From contig OX597816.1 in the NCBI GenBank assembly GCA_951406725.2, positions 171,616,001 to 171,680,000 of the forward strand: a stretch of DNA of 64,000 nucleotides, in the 5' to 3' direction. This document shows positions 27,079 through 40,200 of this stretch, piece after piece. The first letter of the stretch is position 1. Every line of letters starts with the position of its first letter. The translations under genes and the position numbers were made by a program. The notes below the pieces were generated by a model, which did no database searches, had not been told where the DNA came from, and was given only the letters and a program-made list of their open reading frames with translations. This DNA is from Octopus vulgaris (taxonomy: Eukaryota).

Positions 27079-27470
27079 AGGCGGCGAGCTGGCAGAAACG
27101 TTAGCACGCCGGACGAAATGCTTAGCAGTATTTTGTCTGCCGCTACGTTCTGAGTTCAAATTCTGCCGAGGTCGACTTTGCCTTTCATCCTTTCGGGGTC
27201 GATTAAATAAGTACCAGTTACGCTCTGGGGTCGATATAATCGACTTAATCCGTTTGTCTGTCCTTGTTTGTCCCTTCTGTGTTTAGCCCCTTGTGGGTAG
27301 TAAAGAAATAGGTATTTCGTCTGCCGCTACGTTCTGAGTTCAAATTCCGTCGACTTTCTCTTTTATGCTTTCGGGGTCGATAAATTAAGTACCACTTACG
27401 TACTGGAGTCGATCTAATCGACTGTCCCTCTCCCCCAAAATTTCGGGCTCTGTGCCTAGAGTAGAAAAGT
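27079..27470 (+). mobile_element. SINE family B, dimeric
   Basis: Head GGCGGCGAGCTGGCAGAA; second unit restarts after AAAGAAATA. Confidence 0.88.
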
Positions 27471-28009
27471 ATATTTTCTATTCTTTCATTCATATTTTCT
27501 GAACCTAATTATGATATAATAGCTTCAAGTGCTAACAAAAAAAAAAAAGAAAATGATTAAAACGCGCGCACGCGCGTACTCACACTGGCATATACACACA
27601 CGTACAAAGAGGTGAAATGAACTTTTAATAATTGACTGAATGAACGAATGGTGTTGTTGATACGAGTGTCAAAGTCTTTTGAATATTGTGTGGGAAACTA
27701 GTTGTGATTAAAACTTGGAATGTAAAGAATGGAAACACTTCAAAATTGAGAACTTAAATTTTTGTAAGGACCTTTCCCTTAAGCAATAGCAATTGTTGGT
27801 GTTTCTGTTATTATTGTTGGTCATGAAAGATTACTGTATAACTGATGGCTTTTAATTGACTTTTATACAGTAAACATCGTTTACTTTATAAAAGTCATCA
27901 ATTAAAAATGTTGCTCATCAACAAAATAAACGTAATTTCCATTTGATGACTTTCGTATTAAGGACTCTTATAACAAAGCGTGTTAATAAGTTATTATTAT
28001 AAAGTCTGT

Positions 28010-28410
28010 AAGGCGGCGATGTGGCAGAATCGTTAGCGCGCCGTGCGAAATGCTTAGCGGTATTTCGTCTGCCGCTACGTTCTGAGTTCAAATTCCGACG
28101 AGGTCGACTTTGCCTTTCATCTTTTGGGGTCGTTTAAATAAGTGCCAGTTACGCACTGGGGTCGATATAATCGACTTCATCCGTTTGTCTGTCTGTCCTT
28201 GTTTGTCCTCTCTGTGTTTAACCCCTTGTGGGTAATAAAGAAATAGGTATTTCGTTTGCCGTTACGTTCTGAGTTCAAATTCCACCGAGCTCGACTTTGC
28301 CTTTCGTCCTTTCGAGGTCGATGAAATGAGTGCCGGCTGCGCACTGTGGTCGATGTAATCGACTAAACCCCTTACCCCAAAATTTTCAAGGCCTTGTGTC
28401 TAGAGTAGAA
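28010..28410 (+). mobile_element. SINE family B, dimeric
   Basis: Same structure and junction as 27079-27470. Confidence 0.88.
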
Positions 28411-28573
28411 ATAATTATTATAATACGCGTGAATGAATTAGCAACAAGCAGAGTTATAAAAATCGGTACTAATACAGACCATCGAATTCATGAACACACA
28501 AGTAAATACTTTTGACTTGTCTAATAGTTTTGACGAGGAGACTGATTACACCATCAACTTTATAACGTTAATA

Positions 28574-28776
28574 TACTCTGTTACTTGTTTCAGTCATTTG
28601 ACTGCGGCCATGCTGGAGCACCGCCTTTAGTCGAGCAAATCGACCCCAAGACTTAGTCTTTGTAAGCCCAGTACTTATTCTATCGGTCTCTTTTGCCGAA
28701 CCGCTAAGTTACGGGGACGTAAACACACCAGCATCGGTTGTCAAGCAATGCCAGGGGGACAAACACAGACACACAA

Positions 28777-28853
<77 letters not shown>

Positions 28854-29019
28854 TACGACAGGCTTCTTTCAGTTTCCGTCTACCAAATCCACTCACAAGG
28901 CTTTGGTCGGCACGGGGCTATAGCAGAAGACACTTGCCCAAGATGCCACGCAGTGGGACTGAACCCGGAACCATGTGGTTGGTTAGCAAGCTACTTACCA
29001 CACAGCCACTCCTGTGCCT
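28574..29019 (-). mobile_element. SINE family A
   Basis: Full-length match. Confidence 0.9.
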
Positions 29020-29289
29020 ATGTTAAACTTTTAAAAATTCTTTGTCAAATTTAGCGACCTTTTTATAACATGATATTGCAAGGAGTTTCTTTTAAAAATT
29101 TCATTGAATGTCACCTGAAACTCTGCAGACTGTTACGGTTGACATGCATATCATAGGTCCGCCATAATATTTTCGTAGAAATTCTGCTCATTGAGAACTG
29201 ATAAATTTAGAGAATTTGCCTCTAAATAGTTTCGATTACGACTGATAGGACCCTTAACCTTTGATCTACCAGAGAAACTGCATGTCACT

Positions 29290-29755
29290 AATTACCAACG
29301 GGGTCCAATGGACCCAATATTTTTCCTTTAATTAAATTTTATTCAAACTACCACTATTTCTTAGCAACATTATATATGCCATCAGGCGAATGAAGAATTA
29401 CTGTTTCTCACAAATTTTAATAAAAAAAAAATACGGCTTACAGAATATATTATAAATTTAAAAAATTGCAAAAATACAGAATTACAGCTTTTCATGGCAG
29501 TGAACGCAGACATCATTGGAATGTTCTTGGCAAACGTTGGATATTGCAATTCTTATATGTAGTACGTTTTCCTGTCTTTTTGGGGGCTACACAAAGAACA
29601 TCTTTTTTTCTTTGGTTGAGGAATCTCAAATGACGTTGAAGATCTTCTCTTGTTTGGTTGAGAAATGTTAGTGGAACTAGAAGGCTGTTTGTCATGTTCT
29701 TGTTTAACATTAACTCCAGCAAGTTCCTTTCCTGACTAAATTAGGCATTGTCTTC
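29290..29755 (-). pseudogene. piggyBac 3' fragment (C-terminal Cys-rich domain and subterminal region)
   Basis: Frameshifted KRCSLCSPKKDRKT..KNCN motif; GGGTCCAATGGACCC subterminal palindrome. Confidence 0.6.
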
Positions 29756-29762
29756 TTTTATC

Positions 29763-30056
29763 TTTGTGAGTGGATTTGGTAGCCGGAAACTGAAAGAAGA
29801 CTGTCGTATACACACATACACATATATATATATATGTATGTGTGTACCGTTGGCGATTTTTTTCCTCTGTCTTCCCTTCTCTGGATCTTTCCTTCTCCTA
29901 TGTTTCCGACGAAGAGCTCCTCTCGAAACATAAAACATTCCTTCTTCCCTTCCTTCCTGAGCGTCCAATAATACTATATTTGTTCCACGTCCTCGCGTTG
30001 TTGTGTTTTCTCTTTGTGTTTTCATGTTTGGATTAACTAACTATACATACACATAT

Positions 30057-30098
<42 letters not shown>

Positions 30099-30113
30099 AC
30101 ACAGACACACACA

Positions 30114-30205
<92 letters not shown>

Positions 30206-30440
30206 CATATTCATATATATATGAGTGTGTATGTTTGTGTGTCTGTGTTTGTCCCCGCCCCCCAACATCGCTTCACAACCGATGCTGGTGTGTCTACGAC
30301 CCTGTAACTTACCGGATCGACAAAAGACACCGATAGAATAAGTACTAGGCTTACAAAGTATAATTCCTGGAGTCGATTTACTCGACTAAAGACAGTGCTC
30401 CAGCATGGCCGCAGTCAAATGACTGAAACGAGTAAAAAGA
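29763..30440 (+). mobile_element. 5'-truncated SINE family A with a nested PLE-like fragment in its internal microsatellite
   Basis: SINE halves 29763-29830 and ~30220-30440; insert ~29845-30040. Confidence 0.8.
29901..29937 (+). ncRNA. Degenerate minimal type I hammerhead
   Basis: TGTTT-CCGACGA-A-GAG(CTCCT)CTC-GAA-ACAT-A-AAACA; two apparent substitutions (core U4 and stem III). Confidence 0.5.
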
Positions 30441-30613
30441 AAAAAAAAAAGAACAGACAATGATCTTGTCTTTTTCGATATCCAAAATTACATTATTCAT
30501 TGTATCTTTTTTTTTTCTTTTTTAGATTACAGGATGCAAAATGTGTAAATTTCTGAAGAAGAAGAAAGTTTTTTGAAGAAACCAGCCCTAAAAATTTTGA
30601 AGTTTCTTTCTTG

Positions 30614-31018
30614 GGATCTTTTTGGTTTGAACGGCAGTTTTTTTCTAGCGGTGTCATATGAAATTGTCACCCATAATTATGACCCTAGTATCGATCTATT
30701 GCATTTCAATCTATTTTAGGGTTAGGGTTAGGGGTGGGGGAAGGGTATCTTTTTTTCTTCACAAATGTAAATAAACCCAATCTGTTTCTTAAACGAGGGA
30801 CATATTCATACGGCACAGAATGTTTTTTACCTCAATGGACGTCATTGATTGGTTGAAATTGCAGAATTTGAAGAAAAACAACACATATCTTACAAACTAT
30901 AGAATTTTCTCAATAAAGCCAAGAAAAAATGATGTTTTATAAACACATTCTACCAGTATACGAAGTTTAAAATTTTTTAGTTACCTAGAAATTATGTTTA
31001 AAAACTGCCGTTCAAACC
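30614..31018 (+). mobile_element. Telomeric-repeat MITE, right TIR truncated
   Basis: Left TIR intact; right ends at TTCAAACC. Confidence 0.92.
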
Positions 31019-31685
31019 TAGACTTTCTAGTTTTTTGCAGTTCAGAGGGTTAAAGGAAACGATGTCATTTATAAAATATCGAGATGAAGCAGTTTTAACA
31101 GATTTGAAATTAGATGCGTTTGAGCGATTGCATTTGAGAGATCGAACTGCTCAGCTGACCGACTTCCAATCCTAATTAAAAGGAAAACGTTATTACAATT
31201 AGTGCGGATTTAGAAGAAACTAAACATGAACATATACAAATAACTGTGAATAAATATTCACACTGTGAAGTTTCTGAGAGTTTGACATTACTTTCTTAAA
31301 GTTTGGTGCTCTTAAAATTCTTGCAAAAGCGCTTCTAACCATTTTCTCACCAACCTCTTCATATGACACATTGTTCTCAACACTAAAAATGTGTAAGAGA
31401 AACAAATGCTGCCTATGTATGTACAAACTATATCTCTCGCATAAAGCAATGAATTGTTTTAACTAGATATATCATTAAGTTTAAAGAAAGTTGTAAAATT
31501 TTGCTTTGCTATCCTAGTTTCGTAAGTCGCTTATAAAATTTTAAGCTGCATGTTATTAAACTCTTAATTTTGTAAATAAATGCGAAAAACTGGTAGCATA
31601 TCTGCAGGCATTTGCCAAAAAGTAAAATATAAATGTTCATGCAAGTGACATTCTAATAATGTGATTATTAAAATACATGAAATAT

Positions 31686-32085
31686 CCTTTTCTACTCTAG
31701 GCACAAGGCCCGAAATTTTTGGGGGAGGGAGCCAGTCGATTAGATCGACCCCAGTACGCAACAGGTACTTAATTTATTGACCCCGAAAGGATGAAAGGCA
31801 AAGTCGACCTCGGCGGAATTTGAACTCAGAACGTAAAGGCAGACGAAATGCCTATTTCATTACTACCCACAAGGGGCTAAACACAGAGAGGACAAACAAG
31901 GAGAGACAAACGGATTAAGTCAATTACATCGATCTCAGTGTGTAACTTGTACTTATTTAATCGATCCCGAAAGGATGAAAGGCAAAGTCGACCTCGGCAG
32001 AATTTGAACTCAGAACGTAGCGGCAGACGAAATACCGCGAAGCATTTCGCCCGGCGTGCTAACGTTTCTGCCAGCTCGCCGCCTT
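31686..32085 (-). mobile_element. SINE family B, dimeric
   Basis: Reverse complement of the 27079 structure. Confidence 0.88.
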
Positions 32086-32728
32086 TAAAATATATAAAAT
32101 ATCAAATATGTCGAAAAGTACGTCATCACTGTTCTAGGGCACATATGGTTGATTCCATTGATTCTAGTACTTACGTTTTGTTGTTGTTGTTGTTTAGCTC
32201 CAAGAACATTCTGATTGAACAGACAATGATCTTGTCTTTTTCGATATCCAAAATTCATTGTATCTTTGTTTTTTAGAGACGGCAGGGTGCAGAATGAGTA
32301 AAGTTTGGCTGTTGTTTCTAGCAAGTGTAACGGCTGCATAAAAGCTTTCTCGTTAATTCATCCCCTCAATTAGTTTTGTATTGACCTAGAAAGGATGAAA
32401 AAATCAATGATAATCAACATGGGATTTAAATTCGGAACGCAAGGGGGCCACAACCACTTACCACAATACATTTTATCCGACACTCTACCAATTCTACCGT
32501 CCACTCGTCAAATATCAATATAGTCTTTGTAAATGCGACACAGTAGATTTCAAGGAGACTAATAAATACAGGAAGTTCTTGAAACGGAACTATTTGCTGT
32601 AAGGAATTAGAGACGACTAAAACATCTGACAAGACCTTTCATCGGGGACACTTTGTTAAAGACAAAATGTCTTATAAGAAACCTTAAACATCTCATATTT
32701 GTGACAAATATTATATTTCACTTAAATT

Positions 32729-33140
32729 GGATCTTTTCGGTTTGAACGGCAGTTTTTCTAACGGTGTCATATGAAATTGTCACCCATAATTACGACCCTA
32801 GTATCGATCTATTGCATTTCAATCTGTTTTAGGGTTAGGGTTAGGGGTGGGTATCTTTTTTTCTTCACAAATGTAAATAAACCCAATCTGTTTCTTAAAC
32901 GAGGGACATATTCATACGGCACAGATTACTTTTTTTTTTACCTCAATAGACGTCATTGATTGGTTGAAATTGCAGAAATTGAAGAAAAAAACAACAAATA
33001 TCTTACAAACTATAGAATTTTCTCAATAAAGCCAAGAGAAAAAGATGTTTTATAAACACATTCTACCAGTATACGAAGTTTAAATTTTTTTAGTTACCTA
33101 GAATTTATGTTAAAAACTGCCGTTCAAACCGAAAAGATCC
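32729..33140 (+). mobile_element. Telomeric-repeat MITE
   Basis: Both TIRs; perfect 8-bp TSD CTTAAATT. Confidence 0.95.
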
Positions 33141-33459
33141 CTTAAATTTCTTGTAATTTCAGAAAAGCGGCAAGCGTTCTCGGAATAAAGGTGAACTTTC
33201 TATAATCCATACTCAAAATGCGGTTGAAACCTCTTCTCAATAGTTACAGTGCTAGCAGAATTGACATTTCATCTCTCTAAAAACAAAAGTTTCAGACAAA
33301 ATTAAAGTGACTTTTTCAAGTGTGGAAAGAAATTGTGTTTGTATTTAATACTTGTTTGTCAAATGACTTACATAATGCTTCTGTTACCAAAGCCCTCATA
33401 CTGGTAAAAATCAGTATGGCACCGATATAAAAAGTTCGCAAAGCTATCAAAGAGGTTCC

Positions 33460-34450
33460 CTTGCCGAGAATTGTGGTTTACTTCCGTAATCAAGGAAGCT
33501 TGGTTGGGTTGCTGGTTTGAAAGTCTGAGTTTCGTTAGTAGGTATTTCTCTACTTTTTTTAATTTTTTAAGTGTGAGTGAATTTAGAGGCATTCAAAACG
33601 TAGAATGAGAGTGTGTAGATGTATTTAAAAGATGGTTGTAAGTTAGCTCAAATGTTTGGGTAAAGGAGTTAAAAGTTGTATGATTTGAGACACCTAAGGT
33701 CCTTTAGGAGGTAAGACGTGACATTGTAGGAATTTACGAGATGCAGTAAGGTAAGGTTAATAGACTGAAAGAATAAAGCAGTTTGGGATCTTTTCGGTTT
33801 GAACGGCAGTTTTTTCTAGCGGTGTCATATGAAATTGTCACCCATAATCATGACCCTAGTATCGATCTATTGCATTTCAATCTATTTTAGAGTTAGGGTT
33901 AGTTAGGGTTAGGGGTGGTGGAAGGGTATCTTTTTTTCTTCACATGATGTAAATAAACCCAATCTGTTTCTTAAACGAGGGACATATTCATACGGCACAG
34001 AATGTTTTTTTTTTACCTCAAATACGTCAGTGATTGGTTGAAATTGCAGAAATTGAAGAAAAAACAACAAATATCTTACAAACTATAGAATTTTCTCAAT
34101 AAGGTTAAGAGAAAAAAATGTTTTATAAACACATTCTACCAGTATACGAAGTTTAAAATTTTTTAGTTACCTAGAAATTATGTTAAAAACTGCCGTTCAA
34201 ACCGAAAAGATCCGCAGTTTGTCATTTCGGAAAAGGAATACTGTAATTGTAGGACAGTTATTCAAAAGGGCTTAAATAGGAAGGGATCATTAGGATACAA
34301 ATTAAGTGAAGACACTGTTGATAACTACAGATGTGAGAAAAATAGCGTGAGTTACTTAAAACGATATGTGAGATAATGTATTAACTTTTAAAGAGATAAA
34401 GTAATTTTAGTAGAAGAGAGATTAAGTTGAAACAAGACATTTTGAAAAGG
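33460..34450 (-). mobile_element. Decayed CR1/L2-like LINE 3' region interrupted by MITE
   Basis: Minus remnant NI*ANLQPS resembles the WN.LP motif; very degenerate. Confidence 0.35.
33786..34213 (+). mobile_element. Telomeric-repeat MITE
   Basis: Both TIRs; perfect 8-bp TSD GCAGTTTG. Confidence 0.95.
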
Positions 34451-34981
34451 ATGCGTGGGTTGCACGAGGTGGGTGGGAAAATCATAATTACCGGCTTATG
34501 AACCTTACATCAGGAAACAAATACTTGAATGAAACTGAAGTCTTATTGGTCAACACGCACATTCATTGAAATTTATTCTAATGCAAGCATTGTTTCGGTC
34601 GTAACGTAGCCTATTCTTTTCTTTCGTGTAGCAACCAATTACAAAGCACAGAAGAGAGTCTAGAATTCTGAATGTTATATTATGTAACAGATAATATAAT
34701 AAAGGCAACAGAGATCACGCGTGAGCTGGAAACACTAACAGGTTTTGTTTACTCATTGTATTGTGATACGGATCGTGTTTGAAAAGGAACCATGTTTTTT
34801 GCCTCGAGAATTAAAACTCACGAATGACTTATATTGAAGGGGTCTTGTTTGTGATTAGCTGACTTAATCTTCAGTGTGTGTAGAACAGTAGTAATTATCT
34901 GTAACGTTTGCCACCTTTGTTAGGGAATGTTTAGTGGTTTGGAGAAGACGTTTTGAAGGGGTGGGGAGAGAGAGAGAAAGA

Positions 34982-35021
<40 letters not shown>

Positions 35022-35081
35022 GATGAGAAAAAGGAATAGAAGAGAGAAGGAAACGGGAAAGGTAAGATGAGAAAACTGAGG

Positions 35082-35498
35082 GGATCTTTTCGGTTTGAAC
35101 GGCTGTTTTTAACATAATTTCTAGGTAACTAAAAAATTTTAAACTTCGTATACTGGTAGAATGTGTTTATAAAACATCTTTTTCTCTTGGCTTTATTGAG
35201 AAAATTCTATAGTTTGTAAGATATTTGTTGCTTTTTTTCTTCAATTTCTGCAATTTCAACCAATCAATGACGTCTATTGAGGTAAAAAACATTCTGTGCG
35301 TATGAATATGTCCCTCGTTTAAGAAGCAGATTGGGTTTATTTACATTTGTGAAAAACAGATACCCTTCCCCCACCCCTAACCCTAACCCTAACCATAAAA
35401 GAAATTGAAATGCAATAGATCAATACTAGGGTCATAATTATGGGTGACAATTTCATATGACACCGCTAGAAAAACTGCCGTTTAAACCGAAAAGATCC
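35082..35498 (-). mobile_element. Telomeric-repeat MITE (no TSD)
   Basis: Both TIRs; flanks do not match. Confidence 0.92.
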
Positions 35499-35541
35499 GC
35501 AGTTTTTCTTTATGCTCTGAGTTCAAATGCCGAAGTCGACT

Positions 35542-35635
35542 TCTTTGATAGCTTTGCGAACTTTTTATATCGGTGCCATACTGATTTTTACCAGTATGAG
35601 GGCTTTGGTAACAGAAGCATTATGTAAGTCATTTG
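35542..35635 (-). repeat. 94-bp inverted copy of 33360-33453 inserted in a SINE B remnant
   Basis: Exact reverse complement; flanked by 18-bp direct repeat GCCGAAGTCGACTTCTTT (35529-35546, 35638-35655). Confidence 0.9.
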
Positions 35636-35856
35636 CAGCCGAAGTCGACTTCTTTCATATTTTTTTAGGTCGATAAAATAAGTATCAGTCAAGCACTAGG
35701 GTCGATGCAATTGACTAGCCCTCATCCCCACCAGATTTCGATCGGGCCTTGTGCCAATAGCAGAAAGGATTATTAAAAGATAACAAAGTTGGATGAACGA
35801 CAGACATAATGCTATAGAAGTTCAAATCGTTCTATGGTCGACTTAGCATTTTATCT

Positions 35857-36297
35857 GGATCTTTTCGGTTTGAACGACAGTTTTTTCTAGCGGTGTCATA
35901 TGAAATTGTCACCCATGATTATGACCCTAGTATCGATCTATTGCATTTCAATCTATTTTAGGATTAGGGTTAGTTAGGGTTAGGGTTAGGGTTAGGGGTG
36001 TGGGGAAGGGTATCTTTTTTCTTCACAAATGTAAATAAACCCAATCTGTTTCTTAAACGAGGGACATATTCATACGGCACAGAATGTTTTTTTACCTCAA
36101 TAGACGCCTGTGATTGGTTGAAATTGCAGAAATTGAAGAAAAAAAAACAACAAATATCTTACAAACCATAGAATTTTCTCAATAAAGCCAAGAGAAAAAG
36201 ATGTTTTATAAACACATTCTACCAGTATACGAAGTTTAAAAGTGTTTAGTTACGTGGAAATTATTTTTAAAAACTGCCGTTCAAACCGAAAAGATCC
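35857..36297 (+). mobile_element. Telomeric-repeat MITE (no TSD)
   Basis: Both TIRs; long TTAGGG tract at ~35957-36010; flanks do not match. Confidence 0.92.
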
Positions 36298-36580
36298 CAA
36301 CAGTTATCTCGTTGACTATGTTTTCATTTTCTGATTATGAGTTTGTTCCTACTGCAACAATTAAGAGAGCACATACTAACTAGGTGACTATTACACACGA
36401 GTGATTTTATTTCTAAATAGAGAATCAGAAGTTGATACATTTAACCTGGTCGCAATTCCACGCTTCTAATTTTATTATCATATATAGTAAATGATAAGTT
36501 AAGAAGAAGCCATGCCAAACATTCATTAGATGTCATGATAACTGTGCCAAAATTTAACGTTATATATAATTTGGTTTAAT

Positions 36581-36980
36581 GAGTGGCTGTGTGGTAAGTA
36601 GCTTGCTAACCAATCACATGGTTCCGGGTTCAGTCCCACTGCGTGGCACCTTGGGCAAGTGTCTTCTACTATAGCCTCGGGCCGACCAAAGCCTTGTGAG
36701 TGGATTTGGCAGACGGAAACTGAAAGAAGCCCGTCGTATATATGTATATATATATGCGTGTTTGTGTTTGTATGTCTGTGTTTGTCCCCCTGGCATTGCT
36801 TGACAACCGATTTTGTTGTGTTTATGTCCCCGTTACTTAGCGGTTCGGCATAAGAGACCGATAGAATAAGTACTGGGCTTACAAAAGAATAAGTCCCGGG
36901 GTCGAGTTGCTCGATTAAAGGCGGTGCTCCAGCATGGCCGCAGTCAAATGACTGAAACAAGTAAAAGAGTAAAAGAGTAA
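36581..36980 (+). mobile_element. SINE family A
   Basis: Near full-length match with GAGTAAAA tail. Confidence 0.9.
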
Positions 36981-37269
36981 TTAAATAAAGCCCTATTTTT
37001 CGCAACCAACTTACACTTAGTTAAAATCTAGAGGCGTATAATCTAAAACGGTTAAATCTAGAGGCGTATAATCTAAAGCATTTTAACGATAAAACAGATA
37101 ATTATTAAATACCTACTTTCCACGGTCTAAATATTCCTTGAATTGTTTTTTTTTTGTCTTCAAATAAAACTGTGTTATTGTCGTCGTCGCCACCGCCGCC
37201 CCCGTTGTCGTCGTCCTCCTCCTCCTCTTCCTCCCCCTCCCCTCTCTCACTTCCTCTTCGTCCACATTA

Positions 37270-40200
37270 TTCCTTGACCATAGGGTCACAGCAGGTCCTC
37301 ATCTCATGGAAAGTACACGGCGTAAAATGTATGCGGAACCTAGCAACACTATTTTCTGAAGTTCTCCCACGTTAACACTGCAAGGGAGTATGTTGAGCTG
37401 CTTATCAAGGCCCTTTTTTATTAGCCCTATCGCTCCAATCACCACTGGTGCTGTGCTGCTTTTCATTCCTCACGTCTTGGTCACTTCTATTTCTAGGTCT
37501 TTGTACTTAAATAACTTCTCAACTTCTTTAATGGACACATTTCTCTCTGATGGTACTGTCACATCTATCATTAAGCATTTCTTATTCCTCCCATCTTTGA
37601 TGATTATGTCCGGCCTGTTTGCCTTGATTTCTTTATTGTTATTGATTGGCATGTCCCAGAGTACAGTTACATCATCTTTTCCGGTCACAGTTTCAGGTTT
37701 ATGTTAGTACTATCTTTCTGAAGCCGGAAGCTGTTAGGGTTAGTGTTACATATTTTTCAATGGATATATTGTGCTACTCTATCGTGTCTATGAATATATT
37801 CGTTTTTTTTTTTGCAAGCGCTGTGCATCCAGTTAAGATGTTAGTCCTCTTCTTCCCATGCTTCTCGGTAAATATAACCTATTCACGTCCGCTTTGGGGC
37901 GGTTCATTCGAGCCATGGTTAGTAGTTTTCTGGGCTTGGAGTCTAACTTCTTTATTTCGCTCATTTGCCCGTTGATTATGTTGAAACTGTAAGCTACGAT
38001 TAGTACTGCAAGAGTGTTAATGGCTTCTATTTTGTTTTCAGCGTTGAGTTCAGTCTTTGTTACTAACCGTACTCTCTTGTAGTACTCTTTTCTAATCTTC
38101 TCTTTCATTGCTGAATGTTTTATGCCGTTACTTTAGTATATGCCAAGGTATTTATATGCTTCTTCCTGGCCCAGTGCTCGGATTCTTGCTCCTGTATCTA
38201 CGTGGATATCCATAGAATATGCCAGTTTGCCTCTTATTAAAGTGGCTTTCGCGCATTTTTCCAGTCCAAACTGCATCCTGATATCATCACTGAACTTTTC
38301 AACCGTAGCAAGTAGACCTTGTTGTTTGTCATTTTTTGAGTACATTTTTAGATCATCCATGCAGAACAGATGACTTCCTTTTTTCTTCTCGATCTCATAT
38401 CCATACCCGGTTTTGTTGAGCATGGTACTTAATGGTACCAGTACCAAGCAGAATATTAAGGGTGACACCGAGTCCCCTTGGAAGATACCACTTTTGAATT
38501 TGATTGGTCTGCTTGTTATTGATCCACTGGAATGGTTCAGCGTCAACGTAGTTTCCCGTGTATTCATGCTGTGTTTCATAAACTTGATGAGAGTTGGGGA
38601 TACTTTGTATACTTCCATCACTTTCAGAATCCAAGCGTGAGGTACACTATCGAACGCCTTATTACAGTCGATCCGTTTCCCTGGTTTTGCAGTCTTCAAG
38701 GATCATTGTGTTTATCAGCAATTGGTCCTTGCATCCGTAGCTCCCTCTTCGACAACCTTTTTGTTCTGGTGGTCGTAGGTTGTTTTCTTCTAAGAATATG
38801 TATGTTCTTTCAGTGATTACAGGTGTTACTACTTTATACATTGTTGGTAGACAGGTGATTGGTCAATAGTTCTTTGGGTTTTCTGTGTCATTTGTATTTG
38901 GTATTAGGTACGTCACTCCTTGTGTCATCCAGTCTGGGCTATTTTCTGGGTTTTTCATGACTTCATTGTATGCTGATGACATATCTCCATGTATATCGAC
39001 TAGCCGCTTGATCCAGAAGCTTGGTACTCGATCTATTCCCGGTGACTTCCAATTGCTGGCCTTTTTTTCAGGGCCAGGGTTACCTCCTCCTTTTTAATAT
39101 CTTCCCATTATTTCTTTTTGTTTTCTTCTTTATTTTCCAGGAGTTTTCTTGTTCCTTAATTTATTCTACATCTTCATTATGTTGTTTTTCATTTTCCCCA
39201 TATCGTACTCCAGAAATTTTCCATATCCTCTTTCTTTGGCGATTGCTCAACATTTATTTGTTGCTTACCGAGTTCCCTGTAAAATTTCTTTCCATCTTCT
39301 TTAAATAATTTGTTTTGTCTAAATTGTTTGCTTCTCTTTATATATCGTGACAGTCGTTGTGCCTTTGCTTGGAATTTTTGCTTTAGGTTTTCTTTTGCTT
39401 CAGGTTTTTCATTTTTTGTTTGATCCCATGCTTTTTGCATATTTTCTTGGCTTTTCTTGGTTGACCTGGTTTCTGCTACTTATTTCGGTCAGTATTGATA
39501 GGTCACCTCTCATGCGTTGTATATCCTTTTCTAAGCTTTTTTTCCATTTTGGTTGTCTTCTGTTGAGCAGTTTTCTCTCTTAGTTTTATGCCTTTTGCTT
39601 CAGCTGTAGCTGTAGCATAGGATAGTTGGTTTAGCGATGTTATATTTAGTGGTTCTATTGTTGTTGATTTTATCTCATCTATTACATTATTGCCAATTCT
39701 TTATCAACTCCTACAAGTTCTCATCCATACTGACTTTTGGTAGGGGCTCTCTGTCTGTGGTGTCTTGAGCTTTTATCTGTTCCCATTTTCTCTGTATTTC
39801 TTCTTTTAGTTCCAAATATTTCTCTCTACCCATGTCACTGTTTCGTGCAGTTGGTTGTTTTACAGGTTCTTCTATCTCATTACCCACAGAGGGCTCCTAA
39901 AATACTCCCTCTTCTTGGTTTTCTGAAGTCCCTATTTCTATTTCATTTGTATTTGTATTTGTATACGGTGAGATCTGTTGACTTTTTCTTTTATTTCTTC
40001 CAGCTCAGTGTCTGTGAGCTTCCTGTTTTTAATGATATCCCTTCGGACATTCCCTAACTTGTTGGGATCCATATTTAACCTTGAAGTGGGATTTTGTTGT
40101 CTCCATAATTGATAAGTCCTTTTTGTCGTGTTATCTTCTGATGGTGTGACCAGTTTATACTCTTCTAGATTCCGTTTAGTTCTAGGGTTTTTGCATGTAA

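Noticed and set aside
26480-29755. Single piggyBac element spanning both fragments
   Set aside because: On the minus strand the C-terminal piece lies upstream of the core piece, so they are not collinear
35957-36010. True telomere or chromosome-fusion site
   Set aside because: Only a few TTAGGG units, always at the same position inside the MITE
36526-37005. 159-aa ORF recurring at other loci (FQSFDCGHAGAPP…)
   Set aside because: Antisense reading of SINE A, not a gene family
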